NCBI GenBank assembly: GCA_014382695.1
Contig: JACNJF010000194.1
Coordinates: 861-64,860, forward strand
Direction of reading: 5' to 3'
Source: Gammaproteobacteria bacterium
GTDB lineage: Bacteria > Pseudomonadota > Gammaproteobacteria > GCA-001735895
DNA length: 64,000 nucleotides
Part shown: piece by piece, positions 29,475 to 38,134 of the stretch
How the letters are laid out: the number at the start of each line of letters is the position of its first letter
Position numbering within the stretch: the first letter of the stretch is position 1
Position numbers and translations under genes: made by a program
The notes under the pieces: model-generated
What the model was told of the DNA's origin: nothing
What the model saw: the letters and a program-made list of their open reading frames with translations, nothing else
The model's database searches: none

Positions 29475-31234
29475 GTTTAATAAGAAGAAAATTTGATGCC
29501 TTAATCATCGGCGCTGGCGGCGGCGGCTTACGCGCAGCGTTACAGCTTTCCCGCGCAGATGCCAACGTGGCCGTTGTTTCCAAAGTTTTCCCGACCCGTT
29601 CGCATACCGTTGCGGCGCAGGGTGGTGTGAATGCGGCGCTGGCGAATGTGCTGCCGGATAACTGGCACTGGCACATGTTTGATACCGTAAAGGGTAGCGA
29701 TTACCTGGGTGATCAGGACGCTATCGAGTATATGTGTCGAGTCGCACCGAAACTGGTGTATGAACTGGAACATTACGGGGTGCCTTTCTCACGCCTGGAT
29801 AACGGTAAGATTTATCAGCGTGCTTTCGGTGGGCAGAGTCAGAACTTTGGTGAAAAGCAGGCTGCCAGAACCTGTGCAGCGGCGGATCGAACCGGACATG
29901 CGATGCTGCATGCGCTGTATCAACAAAACATCCGTGCAAAAACCCATTTCTTTGATGAGTATTTTGCGACGGACATCATCAAGAACGAAGACGGTGTTGT
30001 ACTCGGTGCCATCATCGTCAGTATTCAAACCGGTGAAGCAATGCTGATCGAAGCCCGTACTACACTGCTGGCTACCGGCGGCGCTGGTCAGATTTACCGC
30101 ACCAATTCGAATGCATTGATCAATACTGGCGACGGTCTGGGTATGGTGTTAAGAGCCGATATTCCGTTGCAGGATATGGAATTTGTACAGTTTCACCCGA
30201 CTGGTATTGCCGGTATCGGCATGCTGATTACCGAAGGTTGTCGTGGCGAAGGTGGTTATCTGGTGAATGGCGATGGCGAACGCTTTATGGAGCGTTATGC
30301 ACCGAATGCCAAAGATCTGGCCAGTCGTGACGTGGTCAGTCGTTCTATCTTTCTTGAAGTGAAAGAGGGTAGAGGCTGCGGACCGGAAAAAGATTATGTG
30401 TTACTCAAACTGGATCATCTGGGTGCCGATACCATAATGAAACGCCTGCCGGGTATCCGTCAGTCCTGCATCACGTTCCTCGGTATAGACCCGATCAAAG
30501 AGCCGATTCCGGTTTATCCAACCTGTCATTATTTTATGGGTGGAATTCCGACCAACCGTAAGGGTGAAGTCGTGATGCCGGTTAAAGATACGCCGGAAGA
30601 AACCGTTCCCGGCCTGTATGCGGCGGGTGAATGTGCCTGCGTATCGGTGCATGGCGCGAACCGTCTGGGTGGCAACTCATTGCTCGATATCATTGTCTTT
30701 GGACGTGCTGCGGCGAATGAAATGATCAGCTATATGAAAGAAAACCAGTATCGCCTGCCGATGGATGAAAAAGCGGTGGAGAAGGCGATGGATCGTTTAC
30801 ATCGCTGGGATCGCAAGGGTAAGGGCGAAACCGTGGATGGACTGAAAGACGACCTGAAAAAAGTGATGGAGGATTACTGTGGCGTATACCGCACCCAGGA
30901 ATTACTCGATCAGGGTGTGATCGAAATGAAGAAAATTCGTGAACGCCTGCCGAATGTTTATATTGAAGACTTTTCCAGAACCTTCAATACGGCTCGTATA
31001 GAAGCCCTTGAGCTGGAAAATCTGGTCGATGTGGCGATGTGTACCGTAGTTGCTGCTGCCGCCAGACAGGAAAGTCGTGGAGCGCATTCACGTGTAGATT
31101 ATCCGGACCGGGATGATCAGAAGTGGATGAAACATAGCCTGTATTTCAAGAAAGATGACCGGATGGATTACAAACCCGTTCGCACCAAGCCATTGACGGT
31201 AGAATCATTTCCGCCTAAAGAACGCGTCTACTAG
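29471..31234 (+). CDS. sdhA: succinate dehydrogenase flavoprotein subunit
   Basis: FAD-binding motif GAGGAGL and covalent-FAD His in RSHTVAAQGG. Length 587 aa. Confidence 0.95.
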   Translation: MSLIRRKFDALIIGAGGGGLRAALQLSRADANVAVVSKVFPTRSHTVAAQGGVNAALANVLPDNWHWHMFDTVKGSDYLGDQDAIEYMCRVAPKLVYELEHYGVPFSRLDNGKIYQRAFGGQSQNFGEKQAARTCAAADRTGHAMLHALYQQNIRAKTHFFDEYFATDIIKNEDGVVLGAIIVSIQTGEAMLIEARTTLLATGGAGQIYRTNSNALINTGDGLGMVLRADIPLQDMEFVQFHPTGIAGIGMLITEGCRGEGGYLVNGDGERFMERYAPNAKDLASRDVVSRSIFLEVKEGRGCGPEKDYVLLKLDHLGADTIMKRLPGIRQSCITFLGIDPIKEPIPVYPTCHYFMGGIPTNRKGEVVMPVKDTPEETVPGLYAAGECACVSVHGANRLGGNSLLDIIVFGRAAANEMISYMKENQYRLPMDEKAVEKAMDRLHRWDRKGKGETVDGLKDDLKKVMEDYCGVYRTQELLDQGVIEMKKIRERLPNVYIEDFSRTFNTARIEALELENLVDVAMCTVVAAAARQESRGAHSRVDYPDRDDQKWMKHSLYFKKDDRMDYKPVRTKPLTVESFPPKERVY

Positions 31235-31245
31235 GAGTCTGGGCC

Positions 31246-31941
31246 ATGAAATTCAATATTTTTAGATTTAATCCGGAAACCGATACAAAACCCTACATTC
31301 AGAGTTATGAATTACCGGGTGTGAATCCGGAAATGATGTTACTCGATGCTATTTTGACCCTGAAGAAAAAGGACCCGACACTTGGCTTTAGAAAGTCCTG
31401 TCGTGAAGGGGTGTGTGGTTCCGATGGGATGAATGTGAATGGGGTTAATCGTCTGGCCTGTGTAACGCGCCTGTCTGAATTGAGTGACCCGATTGAACTG
31501 CGTCCATTACCTGGATTGCCGGTTATTCGTGATCTGATCATCGATATGGAGCAGTTTTATAAGCAGTATCGCGCGGTTAAGCCGTATCTGATCGGCTCTG
31601 AACCAGAGCCTGAAGTGGAACGCCTGCAAACACCAAAGCAGCGCGAGTTACTGGATGGTCTGTATGAATGTATTCTGTGTGGCTGTTGCTCGACGGCCTG
31701 TCCGTCGTTCTGGTGGAACCCGGATAAATTCCTGGGTCCTGCAGCGCTGCTACAGGCGTCACGTTTTATCGAAGACAGTCGTGATGAAGCCACGGTTGAG
31801 CGTCTGGAACAGCTGGATGATGCTTACAAGCTATATCGTTGCCATACCATCATGAACTGTGTACAGGTTTGCCCGAAAGAGTTGAATCCAACCAAAGCTA
31901 TCGGTCGAATCAAAGAACGCATGGTACAGAAAAAACTATAG
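31246..31941 (+). CDS. sdhB: succinate dehydrogenase iron-sulfur subunit
   Basis: Cys clusters CREGVCGSD, CILCGCCSTAC and CHTIMNCVQVCP. Confidence 0.95.
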   Translation: MKFNIFRFNPETDTKPYIQSYELPGVNPEMMLLDAILTLKKKDPTLGFRKSCREGVCGSDGMNVNGVNRLACVTRLSELSDPIELRPLPGLPVIRDLIIDMEQFYKQYRAVKPYLIGSEPEPEVERLQTPKQRELLDGLYECILCGCCSTACPSFWWNPDKFLGPAALLQASRFIEDSRDEATVERLEQLDDAYKLYRCHTIMNCVQVCPKELNPTKAIGRIKERMVQKKL

Positions 31942-32196
31942 ATGAAAAAAAAATACGAAACACTGTCTGAGTTAAGATGGCAGTGCCGTCGTGGCATGCT
32001 GGAGCTGGATGTATTTCTACAGAAATTCGTCCAGCATGGCTATAGCAAACTGAATGAACAGGAACGCCAGGATTTCTATGAACTGCTGGAATATCCTGAT
32101 CAGGAGTTACTGGAACTATTATTAGCCCAGGTCTCATCAACGGAGCAGCATATCAATGACATCGCCGGCAAAATCCGACAATGTGCTGCGCTATAA
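31942..32196 (+). CDS. sdhE: FAD assembly factor SdhE (DUF339)
   Basis: 84-aa product with the WQCRRGMLELD and RGD-like region typical of SdhE/YgfY. Its start abuts the sdhB stop. Confidence 0.85.
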   Translation: MKKKYETLSELRWQCRRGMLELDVFLQKFVQHGYSKLNEQERQDFYELLEYPDQELLELLLAQVSSTEQHINDIAGKIRQCAAL

Positions 32197-32599
32197 ACTT
32201 CGTTATTCTCGATTCCTGTTTAAACTCGAAGTCCTAACTTCGCTAATACTTCTGGCCAGCCTGCTGGCCGGTCGCTTCGACCTCTGGCTGTTGCCGGCAC
32301 TCTGTATTTATCTGCTACTCATCTTCATTTTTTTTGCAAAATACTCCATTATCCGACAGTTTGGATCGCACTCTGCCGTTGAATTCAGATCTTCACCGGA
32401 GCGCCTGATCTGGTATGATCAAAACACCGAAACCGATTTTCTACAGGAAGAAATAGACGTTATAATAACTCGGTGGTTTGTGCTGTTAAAACTGGGAAAA
32501 AGACCCAATCAAATGAATCGGGTAATGCTAAAGGATAGCTTCGATGATATGAACCACTACTCCAGTTTTAGAAGGCAAATATTACTTAAGCTCAGGTGA
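32156..32599 (+). CDS. YgfX/CptA-like inner membrane protein (DUF1434-like)
   Basis: Two TM helices, length about 147 aa. Position immediately after sdhE matches the E. coli ygfY-ygfX arrangement. Overlaps sdhE by 41 nt. Confidence 0.5.
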   Translation: MTSPAKSDNVLRYKLRYSRFLFKLEVLTSLILLASLLAGRFDLWLLPALCIYLLLIFIFFAKYSIIRQFGSHSAVEFRSSPERLIWYDQNTETDFLQEEIDVIITRWFVLLKLGKRPNQMNRVMLKDSFDDMNHYSSFRRQILLKLR

Positions 32600-33072
32600 A
32601 TTTACGCATGCTCGCTGATTTTGGATCGATCAATTCTGCTCACATAGTTAAGCCGAAAACCTTTTCGGGCCTGATGGATGTTTACGAACAGAACTATATC
32701 CGACTAAAAAAAATTGTCCCTGATCTTGGCATCGCTGATGAAATGATTTCAGTGACACCGGGCCATCTTGATCTTTATCTTTCGGTTAGCATGCGCTGCA
32801 AATTCACCACCATGTTACGCCTGACCTACCGCTTTCATGACGCGGATAAAGTAATCTGCCAGCCGGATATGCATATCCGTATTTACCATGATGCCCGGAT
32901 CGCAGAGGTTCAGGATCGTCTCGATAGAAAACGGCATCGAATCTACAGTGGGAATAGTCTGCAGCAAAAATGGCATCTCAACCGTTTTCTTTATAAATGG
33001 CTGGGTTACTGTATTTATCAGGGCCATTATTTCCATCCAGTGTCAAATTTGAAGCAATTTTCAAAGTTGTAG
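32596..33072 (+). CDS. DUF1249 (YqiB-like) family protein
   Basis: MHIRIYHDARIAEV and NRFLYKWLGYCI align with E. coli YqiB MTVRLYHDAMVAEV and NQFLADWLRYCL. Confidence 0.6.
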   Translation: MNLRMLADFGSINSAHIVKPKTFSGLMDVYEQNYIRLKKIVPDLGIADEMISVTPGHLDLYLSVSMRCKFTTMLRLTYRFHDADKVICQPDMHIRIYHDARIAEVQDRLDRKRHRIYSGNSLQQKWHLNRFLYKWLGYCIYQGHYFHPVSNLKQFSKL

Positions 33073-33183
33073 TTAATTCTAGATAAGCTCTGTAAGTGTC
33101 TGTAAATTAATAAAATATAGCCGATAAAGTTATTGTCAATATAATTAGGCCTTGACGTAAACCTGAGCTTCAGATAAATTCCT

Positions 33184-33196
33184 GACTAAATTAGTC
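33184..33196. promoter_or_regulatory. IscR type-1 binding site (GACTAAATTAGTC palindrome) in the iscR promoter
   Basis: Perfect palindrome matching the type-1 consensus core GACTRwwwYAGTC. It lies between a putative -35/-10 pair (TTGACG at 33152) and the iscR RBS. Confidence 0.6.
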
Positions 33197-33215
33197 GGGA
33201 ATTAAGAGGAAGCAC

Positions 33216-33686
33216 ATGAAACTATCAACAAAAGGTCGTTATGCGGTAACTGCGATGATGGATATTGCACTTCACGAAAAAGTAGGTCCTGTTACTTTGG
33301 CCGATATCTCTCAATGTCAGGGCATTTCACTGTCCTACCTGGAACAGTTGTTTTCTAAATTACGTAATAATGGACTGGTGAAAGGTGTCAGAGGTCCTGG
33401 CGGTGGCTATAGACTAGCCAAACCGGCGCATCAAATCTCTGTTGCCGATATCATCGATTCTGTCGATGAAAAGCTGGATCTGACTAAATGTGGTGGTAAG
33501 GGTAATTGTAACAAGGGTGAAAAGTGTTTAACCCACAAACTCTGGTATGACCTGACCTGTGATTTGCATCGTTATCTGGGCGGTATCAAGCTCGATCAAT
33601 ACGTTAACCGTCCTCAGATCAGTGAATTAGTTAAAAAACAGGATGTACAATACGGCAGATTTTTGAATCGCCGTTCGGCAGCCTGA
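33216..33686 (+). CDS. iscR: Fe-S cluster assembly transcriptional regulator IscR (Rrf2 family)
   Basis: Rrf2 HTH at the N-terminus, and the three cluster-ligand Cys in CGGKGNCNKGEKC. Confidence 0.9.
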   Translation: MKLSTKGRYAVTAMMDIALHEKVGPVTLADISQCQGISLSYLEQLFSKLRNNGLVKGVRGPGGGYRLAKPAHQISVADIIDSVDEKLDLTKCGGKGNCNKGEKCLTHKLWYDLTCDLHRYLGGIKLDQYVNRPQISELVKKQDVQYGRFLNRRSAA

Positions 33687-33737
33687 AGGTTGCGATTTAT
33701 AAACCCAATTTAATGATAAAGCTAAAGAGTATTATTG

Positions 33738-34961
33738 ATGAGTAATTTAAGACTTCCAATTTATCTGGATTACAGTGCTACAACGCCAATTGATCAGCGC
33801 GTCGCTGCTAAAATGGCAGAATATCTGACTATAGAGGGTCAGTTTGGTAACCCTGCCTCGCGCAGTCATGCGTTTGGCTGGAAAGCAGAAGAAGCGGTAG
33901 AGCTTGCCCGTAAGCAGGTTGCTGAGCTGGTGAATGCCGATCCACGTGAAATTATCTGGACCAGTGGAGCCACCGAGTCTGATAATCTGGCGATTAAGGG
34001 TGCTGCACACTTTTATAAGAAAAAAGGTAACCATATCATTACTGTTAAAACCGAGCATAAAGCGGTTTTAGATACCACCAGACAACTGGAACGAGAAGGT
34101 TTCGAAGTTACTTATCTGACCCCGGAAGACAATGGCTTGCTGGATCTGGAAAAGCTCAGGGCTGCAATGCGTGATAGCACGATCATTGTTTCTGTGATGC
34201 ATGTTAATAATGAAATCGGTGTGATTCAGGATATCGCCACTATTGGTGAAATATGCCGCGAAAAAGGGATTATTTTTCATGTCGATGCAGCGCAGTCACC
34301 CGGCAAGGTGACGATCGATCTGGCTGAATTGAAGGTTGATCTGATGTCGTTTTCCGGTCATAAGATTTATGGACCAAAAGGTATTGGCGCCCTGTATGTG
34401 AGGCGCAAGCCACGCATCCGTCTGGAAGCCCAGATGCATGGTGGTGGACATGAACGAGGATTGCGCTCTGGAACACTGGCTACCCATCAAATCGTCGGTA
34501 TGGGTGAAGCGTTCCGAATCGCCAAGGAAGAGATGGCGACCGAAAATGAGCGTATCCGTATGCTACGTGATCGGCTGTATAACGGCCTTAACGATATGGA
34601 AGAGGTTTACCTGAATGGTGATCTGGAGCATCGTATTGCCGGCAATCTGAATATCAGTTTTAATTTTGTGGAAGGCGAGTCGCTGATTATGGCTTTACGT
34701 GATCTTGCGGTTTCATCAGGCTCTGCCTGTACTTCTGCCAGTCTGGAGCCATCCTATGTGCTGAGAGCATTAGGACGTAACGATGAGCTGGCGCATAGTT
34801 CCATCCGCTTTACGCTGGGACGCTATACGACGGTTGAAGAAGTGGATTACACCATTGAGCTGGTGAGAAAGGCAGTGACCAAGCTGCGAGAGCTTTCACC
34901 CCTGTGGGATATGTATAAGGCAGGTATAGATTTAAACTCCGTTGAATGGGTTGCCCATTAA
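33738..34961 (+). CDS. iscS: cysteine desulfurase IscS
   Basis: Near-identity to E. coli IscS over long stretches ([56 protein letters not shown]). Confidence 0.97.
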   Translation: MSNLRLPIYLDYSATTPIDQRVAAKMAEYLTIEGQFGNPASRSHAFGWKAEEAVELARKQVAELVNADPREIIWTSGATESDNLAIKGAAHFYKKKGNHIITVKTEHKAVLDTTRQLEREGFEVTYLTPEDNGLLDLEKLRAAMRDSTIIVSVMHVNNEIGVIQDIATIGEICREKGIIFHVDAAQSPGKVTIDLAELKVDLMSFSGHKIYGPKGIGALYVRRKPRIRLEAQMHGGGHERGLRSGTLATHQIVGMGEAFRIAKEEMATENERIRMLRDRLYNGLNDMEEVYLNGDLEHRIAGNLNISFNFVEGESLIMALRDLAVSSGSACTSASLEPSYVLRALGRNDELAHSSIRFTLGRYTTVEEVDYTIELVRKAVTKLRELSPLWDMYKAGIDLNSVEWVAH

Positions 34962-34985
34962 CGCAAAACTATTGAGGTAATCGAA

Positions 34986-35363
34986 ATGGCATATAGTGAA
35001 AAAGTACTGGATCATTATGAGAATCCGCGCAACGTCGGCGTAATCGATGAAGATGACAGTGTAGGCACCGGTATGGTTGGTGCTCCTGCCTGTGGTGATG
35101 TGATGAAGCTACAGATCAAGGTTAGTAAAGATGGCATTATTGAAGATGCTAAATTTAAAACCTATGGCTGTGGTTCAGCGATTGCATCCAGCTCGCTGGT
35201 AACCGAATGGGTAAAGGGTAAAACCCTGGATCAGGCGGCAGAAATCAAAAATACCCATATTGCTGAAGAGCTGGCCTTACCACCGGTTAAGATCCATTGC
35301 TCGGTACTGGCAGAAGATGCGATTGCTGCTGCAATCTCCAACTACCGACAGAAACATCAGTAA
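34986..35363 (+). CDS. iscU: Fe-S cluster scaffold IscU
   Basis: MAYSEKVLDHYENPRNVG, the conserved Cys residues, and the LPPVK motif. Confidence 0.97.
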   Translation: MAYSEKVLDHYENPRNVGVIDEDDSVGTGMVGAPACGDVMKLQIKVSKDGIIEDAKFKTYGCGSAIASSSLVTEWVKGKTLDQAAEIKNTHIAEELALPPVKIHCSVLAEDAIAAAISNYRQKHQ

Positions 35364-35374
35364 ATGTGAGACAG

Positions 35375-35403
35375 AAAAAGCCTGCGTAAGCAGGCTTTTT
35401 TTT
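35375..35403 (+). terminator. rho-independent terminator after iscU
   Basis: Stem aaaaagcctgc / gcaggcttttt with loop gtaa and a T-run. Confidence 0.85.
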
Positions 35404-35414
35404 GAGCTGAATCC

Positions 35415-35606
35415 ATGCTAACGAACAACTTGCCGAACTGGGCCAGATGGATTGCGATGGATGAAGATGGTTGCTGGTGGTGTTATGAAGCCGAACCGCA
35501 GCAGCATGATCGTGGGTGGTATGAGAATGAAGTGGGGCGAACTCAGCGTTTAAAATTAATACGCCAGACAGACTGGCAACATAGTCTGCAAAAAGTGCCT
35601 GGCTAA
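35415..35606 (+). CDS. hypothetical small protein (63 aa)
   Basis: ORF only. Trp-rich, no motif. Confidence 0.3.
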   Translation: MLTNNLPNWARWIAMDEDGCWWCYEAEPQQHDRGWYENEVGRTQRLKLIRQTDWQHSLQKVPG

Positions 35607-35611
35607 AACGG

Positions 35612-36166
35612 TTAGAGTGTAGTGTTTCCTGCGGGCCCGATATTCATTCCTATCGACAGTCGATAGTGCTCGGATCTGTTTTCAGTGACACGATGGGGAG
35701 TCGCGGGGTCAAAAAAGATGAAATTCCCGCTAACTGGTTTGATGACGATGCTCTGTTCTGGTGTTTCGAGTACCAGGTCACCCGAATTTTCAGGCACCGA
35801 CAGATAGATAACCCCGGAAATTAATTCGTCAAAATCATCATGTCGATGCAGTGTTGTGACATGCCCGGGTTGCATCAGGTTGAACCAGTAGCCGATCTTT
35901 AACTCATCTGTGCACATGCCAAGTAGTTCTGCACAGTAGCCCAGGCTTTCTTCGAGTAGCCTTTCTAAATCGGTATTTTGAATGGTTTTCAGATAGATAT
36001 TTTCAAACCGTTGATGAAAATAATGGGTCTTTTTGAGGTTATTAGCATTCTGCTCCAGCTGTTGCTGCAGGTAGCGATCGATAGCACTAAGCTGGGAGGC
36101 GCTTAACTGGCTGATTCGCCGGATATAGGGGGTTTGGCTAAATAATCTCGGTGTGACGAGTGACAC
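35612..36166 (-). CDS. putative 2OG-Fe(II) oxygenase superfamily protein
   Basis: A His/Asp pair in HRHDDFDE and a distal His in ATPHRV, consistent with the double-stranded beta-helix facial triad. Confidence 0.55.
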   Translation of the reverse strand: MSLVTPRLFSQTPYIRRISQLSASQLSAIDRYLQQQLEQNANNLKKTHYFHQRFENIYLKTIQNTDLERLLEESLGYCAELLGMCTDELKIGYWFNLMQPGHVTTLHRHDDFDELISGVIYLSVPENSGDLVLETPEQSIVIKPVSGNFIFFDPATPHRVTENRSEHYRLSIGMNIGPAGNTTL

Positions 36167-36239
36167 GACAGTATCAAAGGTAGAGTACGGATAAATAAAT
36201 GCGGGTCAGAGTTTTCTGGCCCGCATTGTGTCGACCCGA

Positions 36240-36431
36240 TTACTTCCAGTTTTCGAAGTTATCCGTTGATTTTTCCTGACCATCTTCGTAACCAGCAGAA
36301 TAGGCATCGTTAACCTGTTGCTCTTCTCTTTCCGGATGACCCAGGTAACCACCCTGCCAGCCGATTATGTATTGTTCCTGTAAACCCATTTCTTCCATTT
36401 TAGTCGTTGCATCACGATAAGCTTGATCCAT
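36240..36431 (-). CDS. hypothetical small acidic protein (63 aa)
   Basis: ORF with a downstream hairpin (gcgggtcag...ctggcccgc) on the same strand. Confidence 0.4.
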   Translation of the reverse strand: MDQAYRDATTKMEEMGLQEQYIIGWQGGYLGHPEREEQQVNDAYSAGYEDGQEKSTDNFENWK

Positions 36432-36656
36432 AACATTCTCCTCAAATTCAGACGATAAAAAAAGATTATTTGGCGCTGTAGCGCACTCGTAAGAATTGCC
36501 ACAGGCCGAAAAATGTGAGTATTTTACTAGAAAAAACGCAGTTTATAATATCTCTATTGGGAGTATGCGTGGATTTACGTCCCATCAGGGATATTCGAAT
36601 AATAATGAATAATGATTATTATTATCAACAGTTTATTTATCAGGAGTATATATTTG

Positions 36657-37082
36657 ATGACTACCGATGCTGATATGAATTTTATTAGTGGTATGTCGGC
36701 CTTTGAATCTAAAGAGTTCATCCGCGCCGTACAGTTTTTACTACCCTTTGCCGAAAAAGGTGACCCGGATGCCCAGCACCGTGTTGCTATCATGTACCAA
36801 AATGGTCTGGGCATGGTGAAAAAGGAAGCACTGGCTTTCAAGTGGATGAAAGCGGCCGCTGACCAGGGCCATGCGGTTGCACAGCATGGACTCGGGTTTA
36901 TGTATATGGATGGCGATTGTGTTGAAAAGGATGGCGCCAAAGCGGTTGAATGGTTTAGCAAGGCTGCCGATCAGGGGCTGGTCGGCTCGATGACGACACT
37001 TGCCATGATGTATGAATCTGGTGATGGGATTGAGAAAGACCCAGAGAAAGCAAAAGAACTTTACGCGAAGGCGGGGTTTTAA
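36657..37082 (+). CDS. Sel1-repeat (TPR-like) protein
   Basis: Three Sel1-like repeats (AQHRVAIMYQNGLG, AQHGLGFMYMDGD, LAMMYESGDG). SD CAGGAG lies upstream of the 36657 ATG. The track start at 36612 lies inside an AT-rich repeat. The stop overlaps the next start (TAATG). Confidence 0.75.
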   Translation: MTTDADMNFISGMSAFESKEFIRAVQFLLPFAEKGDPDAQHRVAIMYQNGLGMVKKEALAFKWMKAAADQGHAVAQHGLGFMYMDGDCVEKDGAKAVEWFSKAADQGLVGSMTTLAMMYESGDGIEKDPEKAKELYAKAGF

Positions 37083-38125
37083 TGCGTCCTGCGTTTTTGT
37101 CCAAAGTTCTGGAAGAAGAACTACTGGGAACGCTTAAAGGTCATCACACACCGGTGATGGTATGGGGCCCGCCAGGGGTTGGCAAATCACAGATCGTGCT
37201 GCAGATTGGGCAAACCCATAAGCTGCCGGTGATCGATATCCGGCTATCTCAGATGGAACCGAGCGATTTGCGCGGTATCCCGTTTAAACAGGGCAGTAAG
37301 GTTGAATGGGCGGTACCTTCGATGTTGCCCGATGCTAAAACCCATGGCAGTTCAGGCATTCTGTTTCTGGATGAAATAAATTCGGCAGCCCCTTCGGTGT
37401 CAGCAGCGGCCTATCAGCTTATCCTGGATCGCCGACTGGGGAACTATGAAGTACCGCAGGGCTGGGCCATCTTTGCTGCCGGCAACCGACAGGGCGATCG
37501 TGGAGTGACCTATGCGATGCCTGCACCACTGGCGAATCGCTTCTCACATTATGAAATCGATCTGCATCTGGATGACTGGGTGGCCTGGGCCTATAAAAAC
37601 GGTATCGATGAACGCATCATCGGTTTTTTACGTTTTCGCCCGGAGTTACTGTTTGATTTTGATCCGGCGCACAACCCGGTCGCTTTTCCATCACCGCGTT
37701 CCTGGGAGTTTGCTCATCGCGCATTACAAAAATTTATCGATTACCCGAATCTGTTGCTGGGTTCGTTACAGGCCTGTGTTGGTCCTGCGGCAGGAATCGA
37801 ATGTCATGCGTTTATTGAAAGTCTGGATCAAATGCCGGATCTGGATAAGATTATCAATGGTGAAGACATCAAGGCACCGGATGAAATCGACCTGCAATAT
37901 GCAGTGGCTTCTGCACTGGTAGGCCGTGCGATTCGTGCTCAGTCGAGCGCGCAGTCGGCGACTATCTATGGCAATATCCTTAACTATGCGGGTCGTTTTC
38001 CGCAGCGTGAAATGGGTGTAATGCTGGTATCGGATATGCATCGGGCGATTGGTAATGATCTGTTTGAACTGACCGAATTTGCCAGCTGGGCCGATTCTAT
38101 TGCCGATCTGATTCTGTACGACTGA
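37082..38125 (+). CDS. MoxR-like AAA+ ATPase (AAA_5 family)
   Basis: Walker A GPPGVGKS and Walker B ILFLDEIN. The sensor and arginine region (AAGNRQGDRG) is typical of the CbbQ/NorQ/MoxR clade. Confidence 0.9.
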   Translation: MRPAFLSKVLEEELLGTLKGHHTPVMVWGPPGVGKSQIVLQIGQTHKLPVIDIRLSQMEPSDLRGIPFKQGSKVEWAVPSMLPDAKTHGSSGILFLDEINSAAPSVSAAAYQLILDRRLGNYEVPQGWAIFAAGNRQGDRGVTYAMPAPLANRFSHYEIDLHLDDWVAWAYKNGIDERIIGFLRFRPELLFDFDPAHNPVAFPSPRSWEFAHRALQKFIDYPNLLLGSLQACVGPAAGIECHAFIESLDQMPDLDKIINGEDIKAPDEIDLQYAVASALVGRAIRAQSSAQSATIYGNILNYAGRFPQREMGVMLVSDMHRAIGNDLFELTEFASWADSIADLILYD

Positions 38126-38134
38126 TGACGGTTC

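Noticed and set aside
36612-36656. Upstream ATG at 36612 as the start of the Sel1 gene.
   Set aside because: That ATG lies inside the AT-rich repeat and has no SD, and it would add an implausible IIIINSLFIRSIYL leader. ATG 36657 has CAGGAG upstream.
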